A stretch of DNA of 60,931 bases, counting the filler, from Porpidia crustulata (lineage: Eukaryota), in NCBI GenBank assembly GCA_964255105.1. It is 6 parts of 6 records of this genome, joined end to end, with 100 filler letters (N's around TTAATTAATTAA, not from the genome) between each part and the next. Parts side by side here need not be neighbours in the genome. Positions count along the whole stretch, not along the records: positions 50,870 to 60,931 come from CAXUWE010000841.1; 5 more parts are not named here. One strand, 5' to 3'. Both the position numbers and the translations under genes were made by a program. Of this stretch, positions 50,870 to 60,931 are shown one piece after another. The notes under the pieces are model-generated. The model searched no databases and had not been told where the DNA came from. It saw only the letters and a list, made by a program, of their open reading frames with translations. The stretch's first letter is position 1. Each line of letters starts with the position of its first letter.

Positions 50870-52125
50870 GAAGTGGACGAGGTGGGCGAGGGTTTCGTCG
50901 TCCATGGAGTAGTCAAGCCATGCCAGCTTGAGTGATTCGAGTCTCTCTCCACTCGCTTCGAAAAGGGCGCGCCATTTCTCGTCGGTCACGAGGTTGGCTG
51001 CTTCAAGCTGGAGGGTTTGAAGCGGGACGTCGCGCTCGAGCATATAGTCAATCACCTCGTCTTTGAACTGGCCAGCGTTGCGCAGGTTGAGGTTCTTGAT
51101 CTTTGGAATGACGGAGAAAATCCTAATGTAGTCGGCAACTTCCAATTTCCCGCAATCGTAAAGGTCCAACGTATCCAGTTCGGGTTTGAGAAATAGGTCA
51201 AGGGTCCTGGGCGTAATTATACGCTTTCTTGATAGAATTTTGCTCAACTGGTGAAGCAGAGACGGCGGTAGGTCACCAAACTCATCCACCTCGTGGATGT
51301 TGTTTGCAACCTTTTCGATGCAAAGATCTTGTAGGGATTTAGGACCTGTCTGCACGATACCATCCAATAGCTTGCTTTGTGTTTCACGACGCTTTTCTTT
51401 ACCTACAACCTTGGGCTTTGGCTTCTGGTCCTTTTTCTTTTGGGCCTCTTGCTCCTTTGAACATTTCGTGCACAGTAGACCACCATCCGGACCAGTCTTG
51501 CTGTACGCCGTGACTGTAAAGCGTTTTTCGCAAATCTCACAGTTTTCTAGCTGGCCAGGCAACGACTGGTTCTTTTGATACATTTTCCATGCCATATCAT
51601 CGCCATCGTCATCTGGTTCGCCCTCCTTGTCCTTCTTGCGCCGCTTGAAGTCCTTGCTTTCCTTGATCTTCGCCAGAGCTCTCTCTTCCTGGCGTTTTCT
51701 CTTCTTTTTCTGAGCTGCTGTCTCTATGCGATCCTCCTCTTCCTCCTCGGGCTCGACTACTTGTCCATTAGCGGCTGCTTCTTGGTCAGCCGCTTGCTGA
51801 GCGGCCCTTCGACGTTGCTCATGAGTGGCAGCAATTTGGGCTGCGGAGATATTGTTCGACTACAGGCGAGTTAGTCACGTAATTCAATTCGTATTGACAG
51901 TGGCTCTTTGATGAGCTTACAGCTAGGAAGTCTGTGAGGGCCGATTGTCTGTGGCGAGGAACGCGTGAAATCAGCAGCCGACATATCCCCACAAGATACT
52001 TAGAAGTACAGTCTTCAACTTACGGGCCTCTGATGCCGTTGGTAGCGGCTCGTCGACCAGTCCTGAAGTGTACCATCAGATCTAGCGTTTCTTCAATGGT
52101 AGCACCTGGAGTCCCAAACTTACAT
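50870..52125 (-). CDS. RAD7: Global-genome NER protein Rad7 (LRR, NEF4 subunit), 3 early introns, 3'-truncated
   Basis: Spliced MTGRRAATNGIRGP|QSALTDFLA|SNNISAAQI, then PGQLENCEICEKRFTVTAYS..GGLLCTKC, BC-box-like SLQDLCIEKVA and LRRs. Confidence 0.9.
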
Positions 52126-52660
52126 TGTGCCCAATCCGTAGATCTTCCTACCTCATACGGCGACGACGTGGGTGGAATAAAGACAACCTAGCAGCTGTCT
52201 TGTTTCTTGTACAATGTAGCACAGATCTTAAGGCATCTAACGTATAGCCTTCACTCTTTTTTGCTGTCAGTGACGTTGTGATCTGATGCAAGCACTTTAT
52301 TCAAATCGCGACTCTGATTTTCGCGATCTACGCGTCTCCCTGCAGTGGCAAAAAGTATATTTATTCCAACCCCCCTTCATGAACTGTTTGATCTACGAGT
52401 CACGAACCCATTCACAATTATATAACCTTTCAACACTTCCATTCAATTTCTTCGGACTGCTAAACACATCGCGATTCACGTTGTCTTGCTACCTCACTTT
52501 ATTAGGTCTCATTCGAGGATTCAACTCCCCGACATCGCAACTGATTCAGGGCGTTGTCTTCTAAGCTATCCAAATACTGTCAAGCGCACGGGGAGACAAG
52601 ATCTCCTACTTCTGTTCCATTTTTTCTTGCCGTGACTGACCACAAGCATTGTCAATCACC

Positions 52661-55600
52661 ATGGGCAGACTAGAGGGATCTACCACTAAAGCTACCACGA
52701 CGAAATCACAGCCTCGTGCCTCATGTACGTCAAACTAAATTTCAGTCACAAGTCTCATGCTGACCAAAAGGAACAGTAACAGCTCCACTTTCTTCGGAGC
52801 CCTATAAAAATACTGTTGCTAGCAAGTCACGACGTTCAACACGTAAATCTGCCACGTCCAAGAATCGGATCCTCGACAGCGATGACATAAACATGGGCTC
52901 AGATGCTGATGACTTGGTTGACGAACCGCCGGTGAAGGTTGCTTCTAGCGACTACTCAGACGCTTTGAGTGCGTTAGACGACGAGGGAACTGACATCATA
53001 CCAATTACGTCCAACCGATCGTCAAAGCGCCAACAGGCTAGGACCGTGTTGAAAGAGGTGGCCATTCCAAAGTCTAACGCAAGGGTGCCCGGAGGCCGAT
53101 CTGCAAGTTATCTGCCTTCACATAGCCCTTTGTCGGTAAGCTCTGGTCTATCAATAAGCCGGGATCGGTCAATTGGATACGACACACCTGCTACAAGCGC
53201 CGTTGTCACACCTGCAGAATCACTTGGCAAAGGTCTGTCCTCAATATCCCTTGGTACCATCGCCGGAAATATGCTCTCGAATCCGGAATCTACAACCAGC
53301 GTGAAGGGCAAACGTAAGCGCGAGGAAGCGGACGAACTGGTGCAAGCTGATGCACTGCTCGCTCAAGCTTTGCAAGAAGAGGAATACGAGGAGAAGAAGC
53401 CGAAGAGCGGAAAGCCAAAAAGAGCATACTTGGATTTAGTTGGTGATTCTGACGAAGATTCTGAGCTCTCCGATTTGACTCTGGAAGATTCAGATGAGGC
53501 TTCTCCGCCTCAAGTAAAAAAGGCCAAGAAGGGCCGTCTTTCTTTGCCAAGCCGGCTAGCCCGAGAAAATGCTAGAAAGTCCATCACAGCTAAAGCGTCT
53601 CGAGAAGTGATGGATACCGACGATTCTGACGATATCTCATTCAATTACTCTGATTCGGATTTGGATAGCTTCGATGAGGTCGATGATGATGATATATTAT
53701 CGTCGAGTAGGCCAGCCACATTAGCAGTGGCTGCAGCAGCAAGCGCTGCTTCTACAGCTCAGTCTCGGGCTTCGAGGAGAGCCCCCAGAAGAGCTCGGCA
53801 GGTCGATCATGAACGTAGCACTCGCTGGCGGCAGCGGATGCAGGAAGGGATGGACTCACGGGCTGTAAGAGAACGTGCAAAGTTAGAAAAGGCGCATCCA
53901 GAGATCCTGACCATGTGGAATGACCTCAAAGATGTCCCAGTCATAATTCCTGTCCAAGCCGAACAACCCGAGACCATCACCCGCCAGCTGAAGTCATTTC
54001 AGCTTGAGGGCTTGGACTGGATGATGAAGCAAGAAAAGTCGAAATGGAAAGGGGGCTTGCTTGGTGACGAGATGGGCATGGGCAAGACCATCCAAGCGGT
54101 ATCCCTGATCATGTCTGACTACCCTGCTAAGGAGCCTACTCTGGTAGTAGTCCCTCCAGTAGCACTCATGCAATGGCAAAACGAGATCAAGGAGTACACC
54201 AATGGCAAGCTCAAGGTACTTGTGTACCACAACACCAATCCCAAGGTCAAACAAATGACCACGAAAGATCTCAAATCACATGATGTCATCATGATCTCTT
54301 ATTCAGGACTCGAGTCTATCTATCGTAAGGAGTCCAAAGGCTGGAAGCGTGATGATGGCCTTATCAAAGAGAACAGCAGGATTCACGCCATTAAGTACCA
54401 CCGTTTGGTTTTGGACGAGGCTCACAGCATCAAAAGTCGTACCACAGGCGTCGCCAAAGCTTGCTTTGCACTCAAGGCAGATTACAAATGGTGTTTGTCT
54501 GGCACACCAGTGCAAAACCGCATTGGAGAATTCTTCTCACTCCTTCGCTTCCTGCAAATAACACCCTTTGCCTGCTACTTCTGCAAGAGCTGCCCATGTG
54601 CAGAACTTCACTGGGCGCAGGATGCGAAGAAAATGTGTTCTACCTGTAAGCACAGTGGCTTCAGCCATGTCTCGATTTTCAACCAGGAACTCTTGAACCC
54701 CATCACCCAAGGCGCTGACCCTGAGCTTCGTCGTGAGGGCCTCAAGAAACTTCGTCTCATTACTGATCGCATCATGCTACGTCGTATGAAGAGGGACAAC
54801 ACAGCCTCAATGGAACTTCCACCAAAGGAGGTCATAATCCATAACGAATTCTTTGGAGAGATCGAGCGAGACTTTTCTTCCAGCATAATGTCCAATACCA
54901 CCCGACAATTCGATACCTACGTAAGCCGAGGCGTCATGCTGAATAATTACGCCAATATCTTCGGTCTAATCATGCAGATGCGTCAAGTCGCAAATCATCC
55001 AGATCTAATTTTGAAGAAACACGCCGAAGGCGGACAGAACGTCTTAGTCTGTAACATATGTGACGAGACTGCCGAAGAACCTATCCGTTCACGCTGCCAC
55101 CACGAATTTTGTCGAGCATGTGCTAAGGATTATGTTCGATCTTTTGGAGAGGCACCTCCTGACTGCCCACGCTGTCACATCGCCCTAGCGATCGACTTCG
55201 ACCAGCCCGACATCGAGCAGGACGAAGACCACGTAAAGAAGAACTCCATCATTAACCGCATCAAAATGGAGGAGTGGACCTCATCCACGAAAATTGAAAT
55301 GTTGGTCTATGATCTTTACAAACTTCGATCCTCAAAACAGACCCACAAGTCCATTGTCTTTTCCCAGTTCACCTCAATGTTGCAACTCGTCGAATGGCGT
55401 CTCCGCCGCGCCGGCTTCAACACTGTCATGCTAGATGGCAGCATGAGTCCGGCTCAGCGACAGAAGTCAATCGAGTATTTCATGACAAACACAGACGTCG
55501 AGGTTTTCCTTGTCTCGCTGAAAGCAGGTGGCGTTGCTCTCAATCTGACCGAAGCCTCTCGTGTTTTCATCATCGACCCGTAAGTTTTCCCCTTGGCTCT

Positions 55601-55883
55601 TCTTCCATTCTTCTTAATCCACTGTCCTCCAAATGGATCTAACCTAAGATGCAGATGGTGGAATCCAGCCGCAGAATGGCAATCCGCCGATCGCTGTCAC
55701 CGCATCGGTCAAAGACGTCCCTGCGTAATCACCCGTCTATGTATCGAAGACAGCGTCGAGAGCAGGATGGTGATGCTACAGGAAAAGAAGGCGAACATGA
55801 TCAACGGGACTATCAACAATGATCAGGTTGCTATGGAGAAATTGACACCAGAGGATATGCAATTTTTGTTTCGGGGAAGTTAG
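52661..55883 (+). CDS. RAD16: Rad16 SNF2-family ATPase with RING finger, 2 introns
   Basis: [91 protein letters not shown] and [21 protein letters not shown]. Confidence 0.96.
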
Positions 55884-57032
55884 AAGCCTCAGTAAGTAGT
55901 GGGAGATTAGTTTACGAAGGCGGTTGTGGGTGGCGGTGGGTGGATATTTTTCCGTTGCATTATACAAAGCAGTCCAGCACATATGCGGAGGAAGTATGTG
56001 CTTGGGGGAACGTCGGTGAAAGGCCAGCATCGGTAAACTGCCAATATCTTAACAGTGACCAAAGGCGTACGACCCAGAGACTATGATGTTGGTACAAGAT
56101 ACAATCTGTAGATTGAGAGAAATGTGGCATCGCATAGCTTAGCATGACGGAGCTTGTTAAAAGAAGACATATATCTAGCAGTACTAGCTTTACTATCTCC
56201 TTGACTTGAAAATGCCTGATACCTGAGACGGTAGTAGGCACAACGTATGGTCAATGAAGAGCCGGATGCCGCATGGTTGAAGCTTCTTTCGTCTTGTCCT
56301 ACTTCTTAAGTGATTTTGTCTATCTGTCTAGTAATATTCCCCAATACCCAATTCATGGTAAACTTCTATCCACGTAGGTCCAGAATAAATTAGATACATA
56401 CAGTACAGGACAGCTGAAACTCACGTCCAAGCAAATCAGCTTGCGGATATTCTCATGGAAAATAAATTCCCATACACTGCTACCACAGGCTCAGTTCGGT
56501 GATCGTTAAAGAGCGGCATTAATTTGAGACACACTGATTATACTGTTTAAACATCTCAATTCAGCTGCTGTAAGCAGAAATTCCTTGTGCTCATCAAGCT
56601 GTCTAAGAGCAAAATGAACTTCCGACACATTGCCAGAGCGATAAAGGTAACGATGAGTAACCTTTGAGGATTCTGCGTTGCACGCAGAAGATTTCGTGTC
56701 GCGATATGCAGCAGTCCGAATGATTCTGGATATAATTGTGGATAGCGAGTGGGAGATATGGAGAAAAAGGTGTTGGATCGCGACTGACGGGCTGATTGGC
56801 AGGTGGCAGGCACATAGATAGTGTAGCGCACATCTACTACCCATGCACATCAGCTTACAGCCTCATCAACCTCACTCTGAGGTCTCCCAGGCACCATCTC
56901 TCCAATGCCAGTCTTCTCTTACGGGCGGCACATCTCTATCTCGGTTTCGTTGCAAGGAAATGTTCCAGAACGCTTCTCGTCGCCATGCTCATCTAAATGA
57001 GACAGCCCCGACTACATGGAGGAACGCACAGT

Positions 57033-59636
57033 ATGGCGGACCCGGCTAGCTTGACACTCGGCCTCGTTGCGCTTGCTAGTCTTTTCTCCACATGCGTGGA
57101 ATGCTTCAACTACATTGATTCGGCACGATCGCTGGATCGCGAGTATGAAATACTAGCTACTAAGTTGGAAGTCGAGGAGACGCGACTCCTTATTTGGGGT
57201 GATGTTGTTGGGATTCTAAAAACAGGCAATCGTGAGCACGATCCCATACTCGATGCGCCCTCTGTCAGAAAAACGGTCGGCCGGATCCTGAATTGTATTG
57301 AGGATATCTTCAAGGATACCGATTCTCTGGTATCTCGATACGGCCTCAAGCAGACAATTGTTTTAAACCGAGCGTCAGATGATGCAAGGCTGAGTGCAAA
57401 TCAGCTGTCTAAATTTAAGGCATCATACAAAAATCATGTCCAACCTATCTTTAGAGAAACACAGCGAAAGGCTGGTCTGCTTGGCAAGACGAAATGGGCC
57501 ATACAAGATCGAGGCAAATTCAATCTGCTCGTGGATGATCTTCGGCAATTCATTGACAGCTTGAAAGACCTTACGGCATCGCCGACCAGCAGTATGGAAC
57601 AGCTTCGTATTGTGAATACAGAAGTTGGGTATCTTCCATCCAAAGTGATGGAACTTGTACGAGAAGCCAGCGCAGGTGTGCACGAAGATTGGTCTGATGC
57701 GGCTACCGAAGCCTTATGCAACTCTGTCATCGATGCGGGAGATCAGCTCAACATCGTTACATGGCTAAACAATACTGGTCTCGAGAAAAGGCCAAGTGTT
57801 GAGCACCAAAGAGCAAGAGAGATACTCTCAATAAATGGCCTCGACATAGATGAACCAGGGTTTCGAAACATCCATTGGGCAGCAGTGAACGGTAATCTGG
57901 AGCTATTGGAATTGCTCATTGATATTGGTGAGGATATAGAGGCAAAAGACGAGCAGAAATTCACTCCCTTGCTTCGAGTAGCGAAGGTCGGGCAATCGTC
58001 GGCAGCACAGTTGTTGTTGGAGCGAGGGGCTTCTACCTCAGTTCGACAGCATGATGGTCTGACGGCATTGAACGAAGCGGCGTACAACGGGCACGTTGAG
58101 GTCGTTCAAACCTTGCTGAAACATCGCGCTTTTATTGAAGCAAAAGACCATCAAGATTTTACCCCCTTGGTTCGGGCAGCCAAGCATGGCTATACTGCAA
58201 TGGCACGGCTTCTCCTGGAGGCGGGAGCAAACACCGAAGCCAAACAGCATGACGGATTGACTGCAATGAATGAAGCCGCACTCAACGGACATCTAGACAT
58301 CGTTTGGAATTTGGTGCAACATAATGCTAATATCGAGGCAAGAGATCATGAAGATTTCACCCCTTTGATTCGGGCAGCCAAGCATGGCTATACTGAAATT
58401 GCACGGCTGCTCCTTGAAAAGAGCGCAGACACCGAAGCCACACAGCATGACGGATTAACCGCAATGAATGAAGCGGCAATCAATGGACATTTGGGTATTA
58501 TTCAGGATTTGATACAGCATAATGCTAACATCGAGGCACGAGATCATGACAATTATACCCCTTTACTTCGCGCAGCTAAAAACGGCAACACTCAGATAGC
58601 GCGACTGTTGCTTGAAAGTGGAGCCCAGACAGAGGTCAAGCAGAATGATGGATTTACTCCACTACTTGAAGCAGTGCACAACGGTCATTTAGAGATTTCG
58701 AATTTGCTGCTTGAACAAGGGGCTGAGGTTGAAGCTAGACATAGGTGGAAACGTACAGCGCTGATGGCGTCCGCGTGGCGCGGGCATGGTGCTATTGTCA
58801 AGTCGCTACTCGATTTTGGAGTAGATATCGAAGCTCGAAGTGATGGAAGAATGACTGCACTGAATGGAGCAGCAATGGAGGGTCACATTGAGGTAGTCCA
58901 ACTGCTACTTGACGCTGGCGCAACTGTCGATACCTTATCTATGAATGGATTCACACCTCTCAATAATGCAGCTAACCGTGGGCACACAGCTGTGGTCCGG
59001 AAGCTCATTGAGCACGGAGCAGATATAGATACCATGAATTTTCATGGTGTGGCGGCTTTGACAAAGGCAGTGTTGGGTAAATATGATGCCTGCGTGCAAC
59101 TGCTACTTGTCAAGGGCGCCAACATTGAAATACGTGGGAATGAAGACTGGACACCACTGATGCACGCCTCAGCATATGGGAATACCACCACCGTAGAAAT
59201 TCTGCTTGACCATGGGGCGAAGGTGGAGGCCAAGGATCGTGACGATGGATGGACAGCGTTGCTTGCAGCGGCAAAACATGGACAAAGAGCCTCGGCTCAG
59301 ATCTTACTACGCAATGGAGCTGATATCGAGGCGACTACAAACGCTCAAAAGGAAACGTCGCTGATCAAGGCAGCCTCAACCGGCCATCTGGAACTCACAA
59401 GGATGCTACTCACACATCATGCCGAGATTGACGCCCAAAGTAGCAAGGGTAAAACGGCGCTGCATAAGGCAGCTTCAAAGGGGCATGAAAGAATCGTTCA
59501 AGTCCTTCTTGAGTATGGGGCAAGCACCAAAGTGCAAAGTGTAGCCGGGGAAACGCCCTTCATGTTGGCAGCAAAATCGGGCCATCGAAGCGTCGCACGA
59601 CTGCTTGGCTTTGAAAGTACAGATACTGGAGGCTAA
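57033..59636 (+). CDS. HeLo-domain (HET-S-like) protein fused to ~18 ankyrin repeats, intronless, ~867 aa
   Basis: MADPASLTLGLVALASLFSTCVECF...KLEVEETRLLIWG...KTKWAIQDRGKFNLLVDDLRQFIDSL is the HeLo (prion-inhibition/propagation) signature. It is followed by TPL/TAL..AA..GH...LL..GA ankyrin repeats. No Walker A motif is visible. Confidence 0.9.
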   Translation: MADPASLTLGLVALASLFSTCVECFNYIDSARSLDREYEILATKLEVEETRLLIWGDVVGILKTGNREHDPILDAPSVRKTVGRILNCIEDIFKDTDSLVSRYGLKQTIVLNRASDDARLSANQLSKFKASYKNHVQPIFRETQRKAGLLGKTKWAIQDRGKFNLLVDDLRQFIDSLKDLTASPTSSMEQLRIVNTEVGYLPSKVMELVREASAGVHEDWSDAATEALCNSVIDAGDQLNIVTWLNNTGLEKRPSVEHQRAREILSINGLDIDEPGFRNIHWAAVNGNLELLELLIDIGEDIEAKDEQKFTPLLRVAKVGQSSAAQLLLERGASTSVRQHDGLTALNEAAYNGHVEVVQTLLKHRAFIEAKDHQDFTPLVRAAKHGYTAMARLLLEAGANTEAKQHDGLTAMNEAALNGHLDIVWNLVQHNANIEARDHEDFTPLIRAAKHGYTEIARLLLEKSADTEATQHDGLTAMNEAAINGHLGIIQDLIQHNANIEARDHDNYTPLLRAAKNGNTQIARLLLESGAQTEVKQNDGFTPLLEAVHNGHLEISNLLLEQGAEVEARHRWKRTALMASAWRGHGAIVKSLLDFGVDIEARSDGRMTALNGAAMEGHIEVVQLLLDAGATVDTLSMNGFTPLNNAANRGHTAVVRKLIEHGADIDTMNFHGVAALTKAVLGKYDACVQLLLVKGANIEIRGNEDWTPLMHASAYGNTTTVEILLDHGAKVEAKDRDDGWTALLAAAKHGQRASAQILLRNGADIEATTNAQKETSLIKAASTGHLELTRMLLTHHAEIDAQSSKGKTALHKAASKGHERIVQVLLEYGASTKVQSVAGETPFMLAAKSGHRSVARLLGFESTDTGG
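57939..58730 (+). repeat. Four tandem 198-bp (two-ankyrin, 66-aa) units
   Basis: EA(K/R)D units start at 57939, 58137, 58335 and 58533 (exact 198 spacing), with recurring TPL.RAAK and QHDGLTA.NEAA..NGH and visible nucleotide-level similarity. Confidence 0.9.
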
Positions 59637-60931
59637 GATAAGCTCTATCGCGACTGCATGTACAGCGAAACATCAGTGATATAAGCCTGCCGGAGGCATG
59701 GCCTGCCTTGTGGATACTTAGGGAAATAGTCCTCTTGGATGCTGCAATTATGATGGTGAAAAGATCCGGCTCAGGGTAATATCAACCCCAAAGGGAGAGA
59801 CACCATACCTTCATACATTATATAACAGATATAAACAGATCAAAGAGCTCTTCTAATGACCGCAATTGTCCATGACTGCTACTCTTCCTTTGGTCTATGG
59901 GGGTATCTCACAGTCATGACCATGTCTACTTCACTTTCAGCTATATCACGCTATACCGTTCTTGGCCCTTCTCGATACGTTCGTTATCACCAGAGCACAC
60001 TAGATCAACACCGTAAGTGAGCGATGAATGGCTGATGCGTGGCCGACCGGTCTCGCTGTTGAAAGCTGAGCAGGGTTCACGCTTGACCCATCAATGGTAG
60101 AGCATATATATGAGGGACAATCACGGAGGGAAGAGTGACTGAAGAAATAAGATCGAGAAAACCAAGTAGGCGCCCTGGTCAGACTTAGCCAGAATTAGGT
60201 ATCGTCCATCACCGCGCTCCGACTATTCTCTCGATAATGGTCAACATACACGACAGTCTCGCAACTTGTCCTCCTCTTACACTCACCGCATCATCACCCA
60301 GCCGAGATTCTGATTCCTTCCGAGACGCTCACTTACTAAAGCTTCGTAGCTTCTGTGGCTACAAGTATGTATACCGCCACTTCTCCCCCCCCCCTTCCCC
60401 GTGCATATATTCCAGTCAAGCCCCAATTTCTAAGTATCATCCGGCAGAGTCAGCATGTCTCTCACTCGGTCCTTTCCGAAAAGTCTTTGCTATATCCTTA
60501 CTTCAAGCCCATGTTCAGTATTGCCTCGAAGAAATTAATCCATCGAAAGCTGCAGCGATGAACCGACACCCGGTGCTAGACTCAACTTGGCGAATATCGA
60601 AGCCAGAAAAGGAAAATCGGTTCGGACGTCATCAAAAGAATTCGTGCAAACATCCCCGACCAGCACCGCAGCGAGCGCCGATGGATGACCTACCGTCCTC
60701 CGTCCTCCAAGCGCGTCAGCCACATATCCTCGAATCCCAAACCCATCCATTCTCCCCCCCAACCCAACAAAAACCTCAGTATCGCATCCCACCCCTTCAC
60801 CCCTTCACGCCCACACGCACCTAGCCCCAAACCAACGAAAAATCCAGAAAAACATCAACACAACCCACGCTTTCTCGAATCCCAGAACCGGTAAGAAGTT
60901 GATTTGCTCGCAGCGTGGTGATAAGGAAAGG

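Noticed and set aside
5964..59636. HET, FAR11 (cell fusion) and HeLo-ANK as one allorecognition cluster
   Set aside because: They lie on three different contigs joined by artificial linkers.
60237..60824. 195-aa ORF at the window end
   Set aside because: Low-complexity Pro/Ser composition with no recognisable domain; could be UTR or a truncated gene start.

Overview
Eukaryotic DNA from a filamentous ascomycete (Pezizomycotina-type proteins; short GT-AG introns with CTRAY branch points). The window is not one locus. It is six separate ~10-kb contigs (10080, 10079, 10072, 10069, 10069, 10062 bp, sorted by size) joined by artificial 100-nt N44-TTAATTAATTAA-N44 linkers, so neighbourhood arguments hold only within a contig. 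Contig 1: synaptobrevin-type v-SNARE with a divergent SNARE exon, a GH76 (DFG5/DCW1-like) gene, and a HET-domain protein with a spliced C-terminal multi-TM module. Contig 2: TPA1/Ofd1 (partial), a cAMP-receptor-like GPCR, an orphan Cys-rich protein and a partial GPI-anchored Ser/Thr protein. Contig 3 is gene-poor and decayed: a candidate 31-aa micropeptide in a multi-intron transcript, a crippled Vps21/Rab5 copy, a Rho remnant, a stop-interrupted effector-like ORF and retroelement fragments. Contig 4: RWD-RBR E3 ligase, CAX4, homoaconitase, a stop-interrupted small ORF, a 58-bp MITE-like palindrome and FAR11 (partial). Contig 5: PMC1 Ca-ATPase with clustered Crz1-type sites, and pantothenate kinase. 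Contig 6: a head-to-head RAD7/RAD16 pair and a HeLo-ankyrin protein lacking a NOD domain. The best leads for unusual biology are the HeLo-18xANK receptor-like protein, the HET-4TM protein, the micropeptide/multi-intron locus, the GTPase-dead Vps21 copy and the divergent v-SNARE exon. All assignments come from motif recognition by eye; no searches were run.
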